From contig JAWMAR010000253.1 in assembly GCA_036785375.1 (NCBI GenBank), forward strand, positions 2,232,001 through 2,296,000: a stretch of 64,000 nucleotides of DNA, given 5' to 3'. The stretch comes from Leucoraja ocellata (taxonomy: Eukaryota). The position numbers and the translations under genes were made by a program. Shown here one piece after another: positions 37,357-49,005 of this stretch (position 1 is its first letter; the number at the start of each line of letters is the position of its first letter). The notes under the pieces are model-generated. The model saw only the letters and a program-made list of their open reading frames with translations, was not told the origin of the DNA and made no database searches.

Positions 37357-40219
37357 TACCCACACACACAGACACACAATTGCCCTCCTGGCATTAATAA
37401 AGTTACTGGAGTAACTGAATAGGTCAGACAGAATCTCTAGACAAAAGGAAAATATCACGTTTTGGGTTGGGTCTACAATACGTTCCTGCACACCTTTGCA
37501 ATGTGGAAGGAAACAAAAGCACACGGAGAAAACCCATGTGATCAAAGGGAATCGGATTCAGATTCAACTTTAATTGTCATTGTCAGTGTACAGTACAGAC
37601 ACAACGAAAATGAGCAAACTCTATATTCAGGATCAATTCCGGGTCTCTGGCACTTTTAGGCAGCAACTTTATGGACAATGCACAGCCCAATAGTCTTGAA
37701 CTTCATTAAAACGACAAGTGTGGCAAGGGGAGGTGACATGAAAAAGAAAGGAAGAGGCGGAGACAGTAGGCTGTGGGAGAGCTGGGAATGGGAGGGGAAG
37801 GAGGGAGAAAGCAAGGACTACCTGACATTAGAGAAGCCAATGTTCATACCGCTGGGGTGTAAACTACCCAAGCAAATATGAGGTGCTGCTCCTCCAAAAT
37901 GCGGTGGGACTCACTCTGGCCATGGAGAAGGCCCAGGCCAGAAAGGTCGGATTCGTAATTTGAAGGGTAGTTGAAGTGTTGAGCCACCGGGAGATCAGGT
38001 TGGTTATTGCGAACTGAGTGGAGGTGTTGTGCGAAGCGATCGCCAAGCCCGCGCTTGGTCTCACCGAGGTTGATCATACGCTGAATAATCCAACCACATT
38101 TTTGTTTGGAAGTGGAAAGAAATAATAGAAATTGCATTAATTGCAACGTGTGAAAAGAGTTGAGATACTGTATTATAATTTTGCTGCATATCATTGTGGT
38201 ATATATCATGCCTTGATTGATGAATATGTTTAGTTTATGGCTTTATTTGAAGCAGAAATAATATGTGAGTGCTTCATTGAGCATAATGCTTCCCCCGAGC
38301 ACATTATTGCACGTGTCATGCAAGCCGTCTTAAATGACCACCTAAACTGTCATTTGGCAACTTAAAAAACTGCCACGGTTGCCCGGCTGACAACAGGGAA
38401 AAAAAATTAAGTGAGAGCCCTGCAAGGTGTATAATATTTTTGACATTGCCTTTCTTACATATGCTGTCACAATGCACTGTAGTCTCTAAACAACCCTTCA
38501 GTAATTTTCCTTGCCCTCCATTTCAGATGAATAGTGTTTTAAGCCAATAACTCGACACTAGCAGTGGCAATAAATAAATAAATAAAGCGTGGCTTTCCAG
38601 CCCCTTATCTCATTGGTCACGCTCGGCTGCAAAAAGGTGTCAATCTGGTGAGCCTTCTTCTTCTAGTCGTGGGGGTGGGGGATTGTGAGGGGCCTCACAA
38701 GTGGGACAGCTTAGGGACTCTCTTCATCTAAATCCGGCCCTGGTTGTTTTAACTCTTAATGTTGAATTTAATACTGTTTCTCTTCTTCTGCCTCAGTCCT
38801 TACTCCCTTCCCCGAATGGCCTACTCCTGCACCTAATTTCTATGTTTCTTCTTCATAGAAACATAGAAAATAGGTGCAGTAGGGCATTCGGCCCTTCGAG
38901 CCTACACCGCCATTCAATATGTCCATGGCTGATCATCCAACTCAGTATCCTGCACCTGCATTCTCTCCACACCCCCTGATCCCTTTAGCCACAAGGGCCA
39001 CATCTAACTCCCTCTTAAATATAGCCAATGAACTGGCCTCAACTACCCTCTGTGCCAGAGAATTCCACAGATTCACCACTCTGTGTGAAAAATGTTTTCC
39101 TCATCTCGGCCCTAAAAGATTTCCCCCTTATCCTTAAACTGTGACCCCTTGTTCTGGACTTCCCCAACATCGGGGAATATTTTGAAGTCAAGTCAAGTCA
39201 AGTCAAGTCAAGTTTATTTGTCACATACACATACGAGATGTGCAGTGAAATGAAAGTGGCAATGCTCGCGGACTTTTGTGCAAAAGACAAACAACAAAAC
39301 AACCAAACAAATTATAAACACAATCATAACACACATATTCTTATTCATAATAAATAATAGAAGGAAAAACGTTCTGTAGAGTTAGTCCCTGGTGAGAAAG
39401 GCGTTTACAGTCCGAATTGCCTCTGGGAAGAAACTCCTTCTCAACCTCTCCGTTCTCACTGCATGGCAACGGAGGCGTTTGCCTGACCGTAGCGGCTGGA
39501 ACAGTCCGTTGCAGGGGTGGAAGAGGTCTCTCATGCTCTGGAGTTGCACCTCCTCTATTGTATAGTTCCTGCAGGGGGGTGAGTGAAGTTCCCATAGTGC
39601 GTTCGGCCGAACGCACTACTCTCTGCAGAGCCTTCTTGTCCTTGGCAGAGCAATTCCCAAACCAGATGGTAATGTTCCCGGACAAGATGCTTTCCACCGC
39701 CGCTGCGTAGAAGCACTGTAGGATCCTCGGAGACACTCTGAATTTCCTCAATTGCCTGAGGTGGTAAAGGCGCTGCCTTGCCTTATTCACCAGTGCTGAG
39801 GCGTGTGATGACCATGTCATATCCTCAGAGATGTGGACTCCCAGATATTTAAAACAGTTCACCCTGTCCACAGGATCCCCATTTATACTCAATGGAGTGT
39901 ACGTCCTCGGATGATGTGCCCTCCTAAAGTCCATGATCAGCTCCTTCGTTTTTTTGATGTTCAAGAGGAGGCTGTTATCCTGGCACCAGAGTGCTAGATC
40001 AGCCACCTCCTCCCGGTAGGCCTTCTCATCGAAGCAGTAAAGATCCGCGATAACCCCAACCCCAACTCTAACCCCAACCCTAACCCCTAACCGTAACCCC
40101 AACCCTAACCCCAAACTCTACAGACACCAAACAGTTCAGGATGTGAACTCACCTCCTGTGTCGCTCAACAGACAAATAATCCCGATGCCAAAGACTGTTC
40201 CCAAATCCGACCTGATCAT
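24823..40219 (-). CDS. CD2/SLAM-family receptor gene, copy B. Exons: leader 40219-40153, IgV 30966-30637, IgC2 30007-29717, TM 25637-25514, terminal 24901-24823
   Basis: All exons are bounded by AG/GT, with phase-1 junctions from leader to TM. The joined frame is open: MIRSDLGTVFGIGIICLLSDTG-GLGQTAGKPGTRRLVNGTLGQSVTLPGC...DQGLYEM...ELKIY-ERVSSP...CNVSLVC...YNCTVRNPVS...QLC...-GVKQQQALHIGLITAAIVVGAIILASVGYMCWKKK. All exons lie on one gap-free contig. Confidence 0.85.
25514..25637 (-). CDS. Transmembrane exon, copy B
   Basis: ttcag|GT acceptor, hydrophobic IGLITAAIVVGAIILASVGYMCW followed by KKK, donor AG|GTACTC. 124 nt, same as in copy C. Confidence 0.85.
26566..26876 (-). mobile_element. tRNA-derived SINE (HE1/V-SINE-like)
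   Basis: tRNA-like head with B box GGTTCGATCC, conserved core, (CTAAA)n tail. Relatives at about 1817-1990, 13960-14190, 19390-19635, 28190-28480, 29055-29350 and 57290-57585. Confidence 0.8.
29717..30007 (-). CDS. IgC2 exon, copy B
   Basis: acag|AA CGA acceptor and GAA G|GTTTGT donor. C-x3-L-x-C...W...YNCTVRNPVS...C is the four-cysteine SLAM/CD2 C2 signature. Confidence 0.9.
30637..30966 (-). CDS. IgV-like exon, copy B
   Basis: ttcag|GT CTG acceptor and TAT G|GTAAT donor. Motifs G-x-SVTLP, W, SLEIQNL and DQGLYEM (no F-strand Cys) fit CD2/SLAM N-terminal domains. Confidence 0.9.
31785..34771 (+). mobile_element. Tc1/mariner DNA transposon with disrupted transposase and nested LINE
   Basis: TA|CAGTG...CACTG|TA with TIRs of about 210 bp. 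Transposase 33542-34554 has WSDE, FQQDNDPKH and SPDLNPIENLW motifs, a premature TAG at 33866 and a frameshift. Confidence 0.95.
32131..33494 (+). mobile_element. 5'-truncated non-LTR retrotransposon (I-group, Nimb-like) with RNase H and CCHC finger
   Basis: Open frame with FTDGSK, ELYAI, CSDSLS, WVPAHIGVLGNEKVD and CEECHQPETVQHALVAC. (GAA)n tail and 15-bp TSD GAAGGCCTCAGAGGT (32116-32130, 33495-33509). Confidence 0.9.
34960..35090 (+). promoter_or_regulatory. CpG-rich putative promoter upstream of L2
   Basis: NRF1-like GCGCATGCGCA (about 35009-35019) and TGCGCATGTGC, ETS/PU.1-like GAGGAAGTG (35067-35075), then CAG|GTGAGT. Mirror copy at about 51405-51530. Confidence 0.45.
35229..35295 (+). 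CDS. Leader exon L2 (inverted relative to copy B, co-oriented with copy C)
   Basis: MIRSDLGTVFGIGIICLLSDTG+G with GAG|GTGAGT. In-frame upstream ATG at 35181. Confidence 0.7.
35845..36149 (-). mobile_element. Solo Tc1 left end, inverted
   Basis: Reverse complement of about 31785-32090, ending CACTG|TA. Mirror copy at 50339-50643. Confidence 0.9.
36750..37290 (+). mobile_element. CR1-clade LINE fragment
   Basis: LVRPHLEYCVQFWSP...IEGVQRRFTRLIPG. Confidence 0.9.
37720..38070 (-). mobile_element. Penelope-like GIY-YIG remnant
   Basis: GETKRGLGDRFAQH...PVAQHFN...LEEQHLIF. Paralogous remnant at about 43130-43740, others at about 20430-20620 and 62870-63130. Confidence 0.75.
39187..40030 (-). mobile_element. 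Rex1/Babar-like LINE 3' fragment in intron 1 of copy B
   Basis: FKYLGVHISEDMTW, KARQRLYHLRQL, (TTGAC)n tail. Flanked by GAAG, and the site is empty near L2/L4. Confidence 0.8.
40051..40115. repeat. Degenerate telomere-like (CCCTAA/CCCCAA)n tract just inside intron 1
   Basis: taaccccaaccccaactctaaccccaaccctaacccctaacc. Shorter versions follow L2 and L4. Confidence 0.7.
40153..40219 (-). CDS. Signal-peptide (leader) exon L3, co-oriented with copy B
   Basis: MIRSDLGTVFGIGIICLLSDTG+G ending in GAG|GTGAGT (phase 1, matches the V-exon acceptor). An in-frame upstream ATG lies at 40267. Confidence 0.8.
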
Positions 40220-40899
40220 CTCCAGAAAGGTGTTTGAGGCATCGGTGCTTTTGCAACTCACTCTCATGCTCCTAGGAAGGGGCGGGGTTAACCGTGGAAA
40301 CGGGCCCTTTGGCCCACCGAGTCCGTGTAAACTGGACAAGCTGAAGCCCATGGCCTCGATATCCAGGGTAGCCCAGGCCAGGCCAGGACACATCTCTCAG
40401 TTAGGAAGTGGCTGTTCCAGGTGGCCCAGCCGCTGAAAGGACTCTCCCGACGCTGGGGCAACAGCACCCGGCGAGAACGGACAGGAACATCGGGCCTCCG
40501 TAGAGGCAATAGCGCAGGCCTCAATAGGCCTGACTTTGGGAGAACTAGGGATGGGGACTGGACATTGTGCCTTCCCCCACAGTGGTAATCATTGTGGGGG
40601 GGGGGGTGATTTTTTTGTGTGTAAGTGAATATGTTAGTTTGTGTCCAAGATGGCTGTTGGAAGGGATAGTGGACGCTGGCGCAGTTTAGCTGCCGCGGCT
40701 CTCTCTTCACATTGTGTTTTTGATTTTTTTGTCTTTGGAGCGAATTCTGTCTTTAATTTGTGTATTGGTGATGTCCTTATTATTTATTTTACTCCGACTA
40801 TATGTTTTTTACTCTTGATAAATTCTGTAAGGTGTCCTTGAGACTTTGAAAGGCGCCCGCAAATAAAATTTATTATTATTATTATTATTACATCAACTC

Positions 40900-41060
40900 A
40901 TCCGCCGGCACTTCCTCCCGCTAACTGTGGAAAGCACTTCCTCCCTCCGCACATGCGCACAACCACGGCCCACACATCATCGGCGCGCCCTGCGCATGAG
41001 CGCTGCCACCGCAACTGGTCTGCGCTGGGCACTTTCTCCCTCGCTTTGCATTGTGGGAGA
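40900..41060 (-). promoter_or_regulatory. Putative promoter element upstream of L3
   Basis: Homologue of 34960-35080 with two CACTTCCTC (ETS/PU.1-like) sites and an NRF1-like GCACATGCGCA. A GC box GGGGCGGGG lies near 40279. Confidence 0.4.
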
Positions 41061-41204
41061 TTTGGCCTCCATTGCTGTCCGGTCGCTGCATCGCTGCAAC
41101 CGCTGAAAACCAACGCAGAATCACTCCCTGACCCTGGATCAGGAGTGGCTCCCTGAAGTGACTCTTGCTTCTGGTTTCATGGGCCTCCATAAATATTCTA
41201 AATA

Positions 41205-41873
41205 TTTTTTTTTTCACCTCCGCAACATCGCCAAAATCAGACCCTCTCTCACACCCCCCGCTGCTGAAAGAGTCATCCATGCCTTCATCTCCTCCCGACT
41301 GGACTACTGTAACTCTCTTCTCTTTAGCATCAATTCCAGCGACATCAACCGAGTCCAACTGGTCCAGAATGCAGCCGCCCGACGCATTACCCACACCAAA
41401 TCCTGGCACCACATCACCCCAGTCCTCAAAGAACTTCACTGGCTTCCCATTTCCCACCGGATCATCTACAAAAGTCCTCACCTACAAAGCCCTCAACCAC
41501 TTGGCCCCCCCTTATCTCACTGACCTCCTCTCCCCCTACCAACCCTCACGGTCCCTCAGATCCATTTCAGCCGGTCTCCTCTCCATTCTGAAATCCAACC
41601 TCTGCACTTTTGGAGACAGAGCCTTCTCCAGGGCAGCTCCCAGGCTCTGGAACTCCCTCCCCCAACTGATCCGAATTTCTGAGTCCCTCACCATCTTCCA
41701 GTCCCGCCTCAAGACCCATCTCTTCACCTCTGCCTATCCTTAGCCCCACGTCCCCCTCCCCTTTGCATCTCTGTCTTACTGCTCTATTTTGTTTTGTTCT
41801 TCACTCACCATGTAAAGCAACTTTTGAGTCCTTGAAAAGCGCTGTACAAATAAAATGTATTATTATTATTATT
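41205..41873 (+). mobile_element. L2-clade LINE 3' fragment
   Basis: FFHLRNIAKIR...HAFISSRLDYCNSLL...APRLWNSLP...LKTHLF, (TAT)n tail. The site is empty in the arm copies. Confidence 0.85.
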
Positions 41874-41874
41874 A

Positions 41875-44240
41875 AATGGAATTTAAACGAGGTGGTAGAG
41901 GGCTGCACAATAACAACCAATTGCATTGTATCTGTTTATTTATTGTGTGTATATGGTCTATGGTATATAAACACACTGAACTTTTATCTCCTGTTCTGTA
42001 TTATGTTTACATATTCTGTTGTGCTGCAGCAAGCAAGAATTTCATTATTCTGTCTGCGGCTAATGACAATAAAACTCTCTTGACTCTTGACTTGGACTTT
42101 AGCAAAAAAGGGTTATTGGGGAAAAAAGAGGTACCTTAACTTTAGTTGCGTCTGGTTGGGTAACTATGGTAGGGTGAAGACTATTCCATGCTTTAATTGT
42201 GTGGGGGAACTCCATGGAGCAGCCAGCAACTCTGGATAGAAGAAATTGGGTGATGTTTTGGGTAAAGACCGTTCTTTAGACTTCCTCTGGTTTTAGTGTT
42301 TTTAGATTAATTTAAAGATACAGCATGGAAACAGGCCCTTCAGCCCACCGAATCCACGCCGACCACTGATCACCCGTACACTAGTTCTTTCCCACACATT
42401 AGTGGAGTAAGTCAAGTGTTTGAACCGGCCCGTTCGCGGGGTTCGGTGAGCTGCAGGACTGTTTGTACCATCGCCCGGTGGGGAATTGCCTCAGCGCAGA
42501 GGGAGAAGAGGGAAGAGACTGCAGCCCTAAGATTTTTGCCTCCACCACAGTGAGGAGGTGTTTGGAGGACTCACTGTGGTGGATGTTAATTTGCGTTTAT
42601 TGTTGTTTATTATTGTATAATTGTATGTATGACTGCAGGCACGAAATTTCGTTCAGACCGTAAGGTCTGAATGACAATTAAGGAAATTCAAAAAGAGTCA
42701 AGAGTGTTTTATTCTCTCACATCCCAGTTAGAACAATGAAATCTAGCAGCACAACAGAATATGTAAACATAGTAATCTGTAAACAATTTCCCTCCTGGGA
42801 TTGATAAAGTTATATTGTATAGTATTGTGTGTGTAGGAAGAAACTGCAGATGCTAGTTTAAATTGAAGATAGACACAAAAAGCTGGAGTAACTCAACAGG
42901 CCAGAGAGAATCTCTGGACAAAAGGAAAATATTTTTGGGTTGGGTCTGAAATAGGTTCCTGCACACCTTTGAAATGTGGAAAGAAACAAGAGCACCCATG
43001 CGATCTAAGGGAAAAGGAGCAAACTCCATACAGACAGCACCCATATTCAGGATCAATTCCGGGTCTCTGGCACTTTAGGCTGCAACTTTATGGCCAATGT
43101 ACTGCCCCATAGTCTTGAACTTAATTAAAACGACAAATGTAGTATTTCCTGCGGTTGCAAGGGAAAGTGCCAGGAGAGGGTGTGGTTTGAGTGGTAAGGG
43201 AAAAATTGACCAGGGAGTTACGGAGGGAGCGGTCTCTGTGGAAAGCCAACAGGGGAGGAGATGGGATGATGTGGCCAGTGGTGGGATCCCATTGGTATAC
43301 AAAAAAGCTGGAGAAAATCAGCGGGTAAGGCAGCATTTGTGGAATGAAGGAATAGACGACGTTTCGGGTCGAGACCCTTCTTCAGATTGATGTCGGAGGG
43401 GGGGGGGGGGGGGTGACATGAAAAAGAAAGGAAGAGGTGGAGACCGTAGGCTGTGTGAGAGCAAGGAGGGAGAAAGCAAGGACTACCTGAAATTAGAGAA
43501 GTCAATGTTCATACCGCTGGGGTGTAAACTACCCAAGCAAATATGAGGTGCTGCTCCTCCAATATGCGGTGGGCCTCACTCTGGCCATGGAGAAGGCCCA
43601 GGCCAGAAAGGTCAGATTCGGAATGGGAAGGGGAGTTGAAGTGTTGAGCCACCGGGAGAGAATGTTGGTTATTGCGAACTGAGTGGAGGTATTGTGCGAA
43701 GCGATCACCAAGCCAGCGCTTGGTCCGCCGAGGTTGATCATACGCTGAATAATCCAACCACATTTTTGTTTGGAAGTGGAAAGAAATAATAGAAATTGCA
43801 TTCATTGCAACGTGTAAAAAGAGTTGAGATACTGTATTATAATGTTGCTGCATGTCATTGTGGTATACATCATGTCTTGATTGGTGAATATGTTTAGTTT
43901 GTGGCTTTAATTGAAGCAGAAATAATATGCGAGTGCTTGATTGAGCATAATTCCGACTGGCAACTACGCACTTCGTCCAAGCACATTATCGCATGCATCA
44001 TGCAAGTCGTCTTATATGACCACCTAAACTGTCATTTGGCAACTTAAAAAGCTGCCAAGGTTGCCCGGCTGACAACAGAGAAAAGAAATTCAATGAGAGC
44101 CTTGCAAGGTGCATAATATTTTTGACACTGTCATAGGCCTTTCTTACATATGTTGTCACAATGCACTGTAGTCTCTAAACAACCCTTCAGTAATTTTCCT
44201 TGCCCTCCATTTCAGAATAAAAGTGTTTTAAGCCAATAAC
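41875..44240. repeat. Older direct segmental duplicate of about 36150-38560
   Basis: Shared unique blocks in the same order, e.g. gaggtaccttaa...gaagactattccatgc and ctctaaacaacccttcagtaattttcc. A third partial copy lies at about 14760-16230. Confidence 0.8.
43358..43385 (-). ncRNA. Minimal hammerhead ribozyme motif (best-preserved copy)
   Basis: CTGAAGA-A-GGGT(CTCG)ACCC-GAAAC-GTC: both conserved core boxes, helix II and a GUC triplet, just 3' of a Penelope remnant. Confidence 0.65.
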
Positions 44241-44809
44241 TCAATACAATACAATACCTTTATTTGTCATTTGAACCTCACATGAGGTTCAAACGAAATG
44301 TAGTTTCTGCAGCCATACAATAAAAGAACCAAAAACACACACCAACACTATTCACATAAACATCCATCACAGTGGCTCTCCTCCTCACTGTGATGGAAGG
44401 CAAAGTTCTTGTCTCTCCCCTGCATTCCATTTCCCTCCCGAAGTCGAGGTCAAAGCCCCCGGCGGGNNNNNNNNNNNNNNNNNNNNNNNNNNNNNNNNNN
44501 NNNNNNNNNNNNNNNNNNNNNNNNNNNNNNNNNNNNNNNNNNNNNNNNNNNNNNNNNNNNNNNNNNNNNNNNNNNNNNNNNNNNNNNNNNNNNNNNNNNN
44601 NNNNNNNNNNNNNNNNNNNNNNNNNNNNNNNNNNNNNNNNNNNNNNNNNNNNNNNNNNNNNNNNNNNNNNNNNNNNNNNNNNNNNNNNNNNNNNNNNNNN
44701 NNNNNGTTTGTTTATGTCTACACACACTGAAATAACTTTTTCTCGTTTATTCTCTAGTTTACAGTATACCATGTTTACACATTCTGTTGTGCTGCTGCAA
44801 GTACGATTT

Positions 44810-47800
44810 TAATTACATTCATAGAAAAAATAAGGGGGGAGGAGGGGTAGCACTATATGTGGATACAACTCTGAATTATAAGGTAGTAGATAATATGACA
44901 ACTGTGGTTGACAATCTGCATGAATGTATAACTATAGAAATATTTAATGGTGGAAATAAAAATGTAATCATTAGTTGTATATATAGGGCACCGGGGTCAA
45001 GTATTGAAATATTCAGGGGTTGGATGGAGAGTATGTTTTCAATAACAAGTAGTAAATCAGGTTTTTTTTATGTGGAGATTTCAATATTGACCTACTAAAT
45101 CCTAATCATCACAACCTTACAGAAGATTTTATTAATACAATGTACAGTATGAGTCTATTTCCCAAAATCACTAGACCGAGTAGAATTACTTCCCATTGTG
45201 CTACACTCATTGACAATATATTCAACAATGATGTTGAAAATAAAATAGTAAGTGGATTATTAATCAATGATATAAGTGACCACCTGCCAGTTTTTATAGT
45301 TTACTAGACCAAGTGCAGACCCGTTGGGTCTGTTTCCCCAACAGCGTTTATGGGGGGGGGGGAGCACTCATATTAACCACCGCCCAAACTCACAGGTGGG
45401 GGGAGGGGGTGGGGGTGAGAAAAGGGGAGGGAGGAGGAGGAGGAAACGGGACAGATTTGGGAGGGAAAAGAGAGCAGGGTAGGGGGTGAGAGAGGAGGAT
45501 GGGGAGAGAGATGTGGGGGAGGGGGGGATGTGGAGGGAGGGAGTGGGAGAGGGGTGGGGGGAGAGAGGGGAAAGAGTGGGGAGGGAGAGTGGAGGGGGAA
45601 GGGGGAGACATGGAAGAGTGGGGAGGGAGGAGGAGAGGGGTAGGGGGAGTGATGGAAGAGGGACAGAGGGGTAGGAGGAAGGGGGTGGGTGGAGAGAGTG
45701 AAGGGGGTAGGGGAGAGTGGGATGGGTGGGAGAGGGAGAGGGAGAGCGGTGAGGAGAGGGAAACATAGAAATTAAGTGCAGTAGTAGGCCATTCAGCCCT
45801 TTGAGCCTGCACCACCATTCAATATGATCATTGCTGATCATCCAATTCAGTAACCTGTACCTGCCTTCTCTCCATACCCCCTGATCCCTTTAGCCACAAG
45901 GGCCACATCTAACTCCCTCTTAATTCTAGCCAATGAACTGGCCTCAACTACCTTCTGTGGTGGAGAATTCCAGCGATTCATCACTCTCTGTGTGAAACAT
46001 GCTTTTCTCATCTCTGTCCTAAATGATTTCCACCTTATCTTTAAACTGTGACCCCTTGTTCTGGACTTCCCCAACATCTGGAACAATCTTCCTGCATCTA
46101 GCCTGTCCAACCCCTTAAGAATTTTGTACGTTTCTATAAGATCTGCCCTCAATCTTCTAAATTCTAGCGAGTACAAGCCGAGTCTATCTTGTCTTTCTTC
46201 ATATGAAAGTCCTGACATCCCAGGAATAAGTCTGGTGAACCTTCTCTGTACTCCCTCTATGGCAAGAATGTCTTTGACCATTGGACATTGTGACATCACA
46301 CGATGGAATGTTCAGCGGGTGCTGGTGCTCCTGCAAAGGCATATGTAAATGATTCCATTCCGATTGGACGTATGTGAACATTGGGCATTGTGACATCACA
46401 CGATGGAACGTTCACCAGGGACTGGGGCTGATTCTATGGGTGAGATGCCAGTTTTTTTTTGAAATATTGGGAGGTTTGGGGAAGGATTTGATTAAAAATG
46501 TGGACATAAATACGACAAAATGTAATCAGGAGTTTCTATAAGATCCTCCCTCAATCTTCTAAAATCTAGCGAGTACAAGCCGAGTCTATCCAGTCTTTCT
46601 TCATATGAAAGTCCTGACATCCCAGGAATCAGTCTGGTGAACCTTAACCATATAACCATATAACAATTACAGCACAGAAACAGGCCATCTCGACCCTTCT
46701 AGTCCGTGCCGAACACATAATCTCCCCTAGTCCCATACACCTGCGCTCAGACCATAACCCTCCATTCCCTTCCCATCCATATAACTATCCAATTTATTTT
46801 TAAATGATAAAAACGTACCTGCCTCCACCACCTTCAGCTCATTCCACACCGCTACCACTCTCCGAGTAAAGAAGTTCCCCCTCATGTTACCCCTAAACTT
46901 CAGTCCCTTAATTCTCAAGTCATGTCCCCTTGTTTGAATCTTCCCTACTCTCAGTGGGAAAAGCTTTTCCATGTCAACTCTGTCTATCCCTCTCATCAAT
47001 TTAAAAACCTCTATCAAGTCCCCCCCTTAACCTTCTGCGCTCCAAAGAATAAAGCCCAAACTTGTTCCACCTTTCTCTGTAACTTAGTTGCTGAAACCCA
47101 GGCAACATTCTAGTAAATCTCCTCTGTACTCTCTCTATTTTGTTGACATCCTTCCTATAATTAGGCGACCAAAATTGTACACCATACTCCAGAATTGGCC
47201 TCACCAATGCCTTGTACAATTTTAACATTACATCCCAACTTCTATACTCAATGCTCTGATTTATAAAGGCCAGCACACCAAAAGCTTTCTTTACCACCCT
47301 ATCTACATGAGATTCCACTTTCAGGGAACTGTGCACAGTTATTCCCAGATCCCTCTGTTCACCTACATTCTTCAATTCCCTACCATTTACTATGTAATTC
47401 CCTACCATTTACCATGTAATTCCCTACCATTTACCATGTAAGAGGAGAGAAGTGGGAGAGTGGGGAGGAAGGGGTAGAGAGACTGGTGGAAGAGGGACAG
47501 AGTGGTAGGGGAAGGGGGTGGGGTAGAGAGGGAAGGGGGGTGGGGGAGAGAGAGAGATTGGTGGCAGATGGAGAGGGGTGAGGAGAGGGAAACAGAGAAA
47601 CATAGAAATTAAGAGCAGGAGTAGGCCATTCGGCCCTTCGAGCCTGCACCGCCATTCAATATGATCATGGCTGATCATCCAACTCAGTATCCTGTACCTG
47701 CCTTCTCTCCATACCCCCTGATCCCTTTAGCCACAAGGGCCACATCTAACTCCCTCTTAAATATAGCCAATGAACTGGCCTCAACTACCTTCTGTGGCAG

Positions 47801-48805
47801 AGAGTTCCAGAGATTCACCACTCTCTGTGTGAAACATGTTTTCCTCATCTCGGAATGACAGTTAGTGAAGAATTTGAATAATCGCTGAGCGTTCTCTATG
47901 GCAACAATGCATTTGAGCATTGGGCATTATGACATCACACGATGGAACGTTCACCAGGGGCTGGGCTCCTGCAAAGGCATATGTAAATGAATCCAATCCG
48001 ATTGGCCATCTGTGAGCATTGGGCATTGTGACATCACACGATGGAACATTCACCATGGGCTGGGGCTGCTTCTGTGGGTGAGAATCCAGTTTCTTTTTGA
48101 AATATTGAGGTGGTGGGGGGGGGGGGGGGGGGTGAAGGATTTGATTAAAAAAGTGTACTCAAACACGACGAAATGTAATGAGGAGCGGATACTTAGAAAG
48201 AAAAGCGAAATCTCTACCGAAATGGAAAAGACGTCGGCGATTCTGCGTCCGGTTTCGGAGTTGCGGAGAATCAAAGGAAGAAGCGCGGCCGGAAAGCCGT
48301 ACATGCAAATGGATCCATTCCGATTGGACGTCCGCGAGCATCGGGCATTGTGACATCGCACGGCGGGAACAGAATATAGACGAGTGAGATCGGAGGAAGC
48401 TATCAATGCACTAAAAAAGGATTTATTGGTACAAAATTGGGACATAATATACCAAAAAAGAGATATTGATAGTGCTTATGAAACATTTATTGCTATGTTT
48501 GTCATTATATGATAAAAATTGTCCAATTAAAGAATATAATAGAAAATCAAAATATACTAAATGTCCATGTTACAAAGGGATTACAAAATGCTTGCAAAAA
48601 AAAGCCCTATACAGAGATTTTATAAGAAAGAGAACTAAAGATACAGAAAATAAATATAAAAAGTACAAAAATAAATTAACTTACATCATAAGAAAAAGCA
48701 AGAAAGATTATTATAAGAAGAAATTAGATGATAATAAAAACAACATAAAAAGAATATGGAGCATACTTAATAGCATTATTAGAAATGGTCCGGGGAGAAC
48801 AAATT
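44810..48805 (+). mobile_element. L2/Crack-like LINE ORF2 fragment (APE endonuclease), interrupted by about 3 kb of insertions
   Basis: GGGVALYV, CIYRAPG, TLIDNIF and SDHLPVF at 44810-45300. The ORF2-like sequence resumes at about 48375-48805. Confidence 0.7.
45304..48370 (-). mobile_element. Non-autonomous Helitron-like element with nested CR1 fragments
   Basis: Minus-strand 3' end CAGACCC-AAC-GGGTCTG hairpin, short spacer, CTAG|T. Internal repeats of ggcattgtgacatcacacgatggaa. The 5' end is not clearly defined. Confidence 0.6.
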
Positions 48806-49005
48806 NNNNNNNNNNNNNNNNNNNNNNNNNNNNNNNNNNNNNNNNNNNNNNNNNNNNNNNNNNNNNNNNNNNNNNNNNNNNNNNNNNNNNNNNNNNNNNN
48901 NNNNNNNNNNNNNNNNNNNNNNNNNNNNNNNNNNNNNNNNNNNNNNNNNNNNNNNNNNNNNNNNNNNNNNNNNNNNNNNNNNNNNNNNNNNNNNNNNNNN
49001 NNNNN
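48806..49005. other. Assembly gap at the inner end of the right arm (other gaps: 6033-6232, 23870-24127, 44467-44705, 49286-49553, 52979-53216)
   Basis: N runs. Confidence 1.

Larger units (their letters stand above)
28830..37665. repeat. Left arm of large inverted duplication (near-identical core)
   Basis: Reverse complement of about 49006-57820. Exon coordinates of B and C sum to 86641, and ORF translations are mirror-identical or nearly so. More diverged homology extends to about 24.5 kb. Confidence 0.95.

Noticed and set aside
46270-48360. Recurrent ggcattgtgacatcacacgatggaa as a CRISPR-like array
   Set aside because: Eukaryotic context, irregular spacing and mutually homologous intervening sequence. 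These are internal repeats of a transposon.
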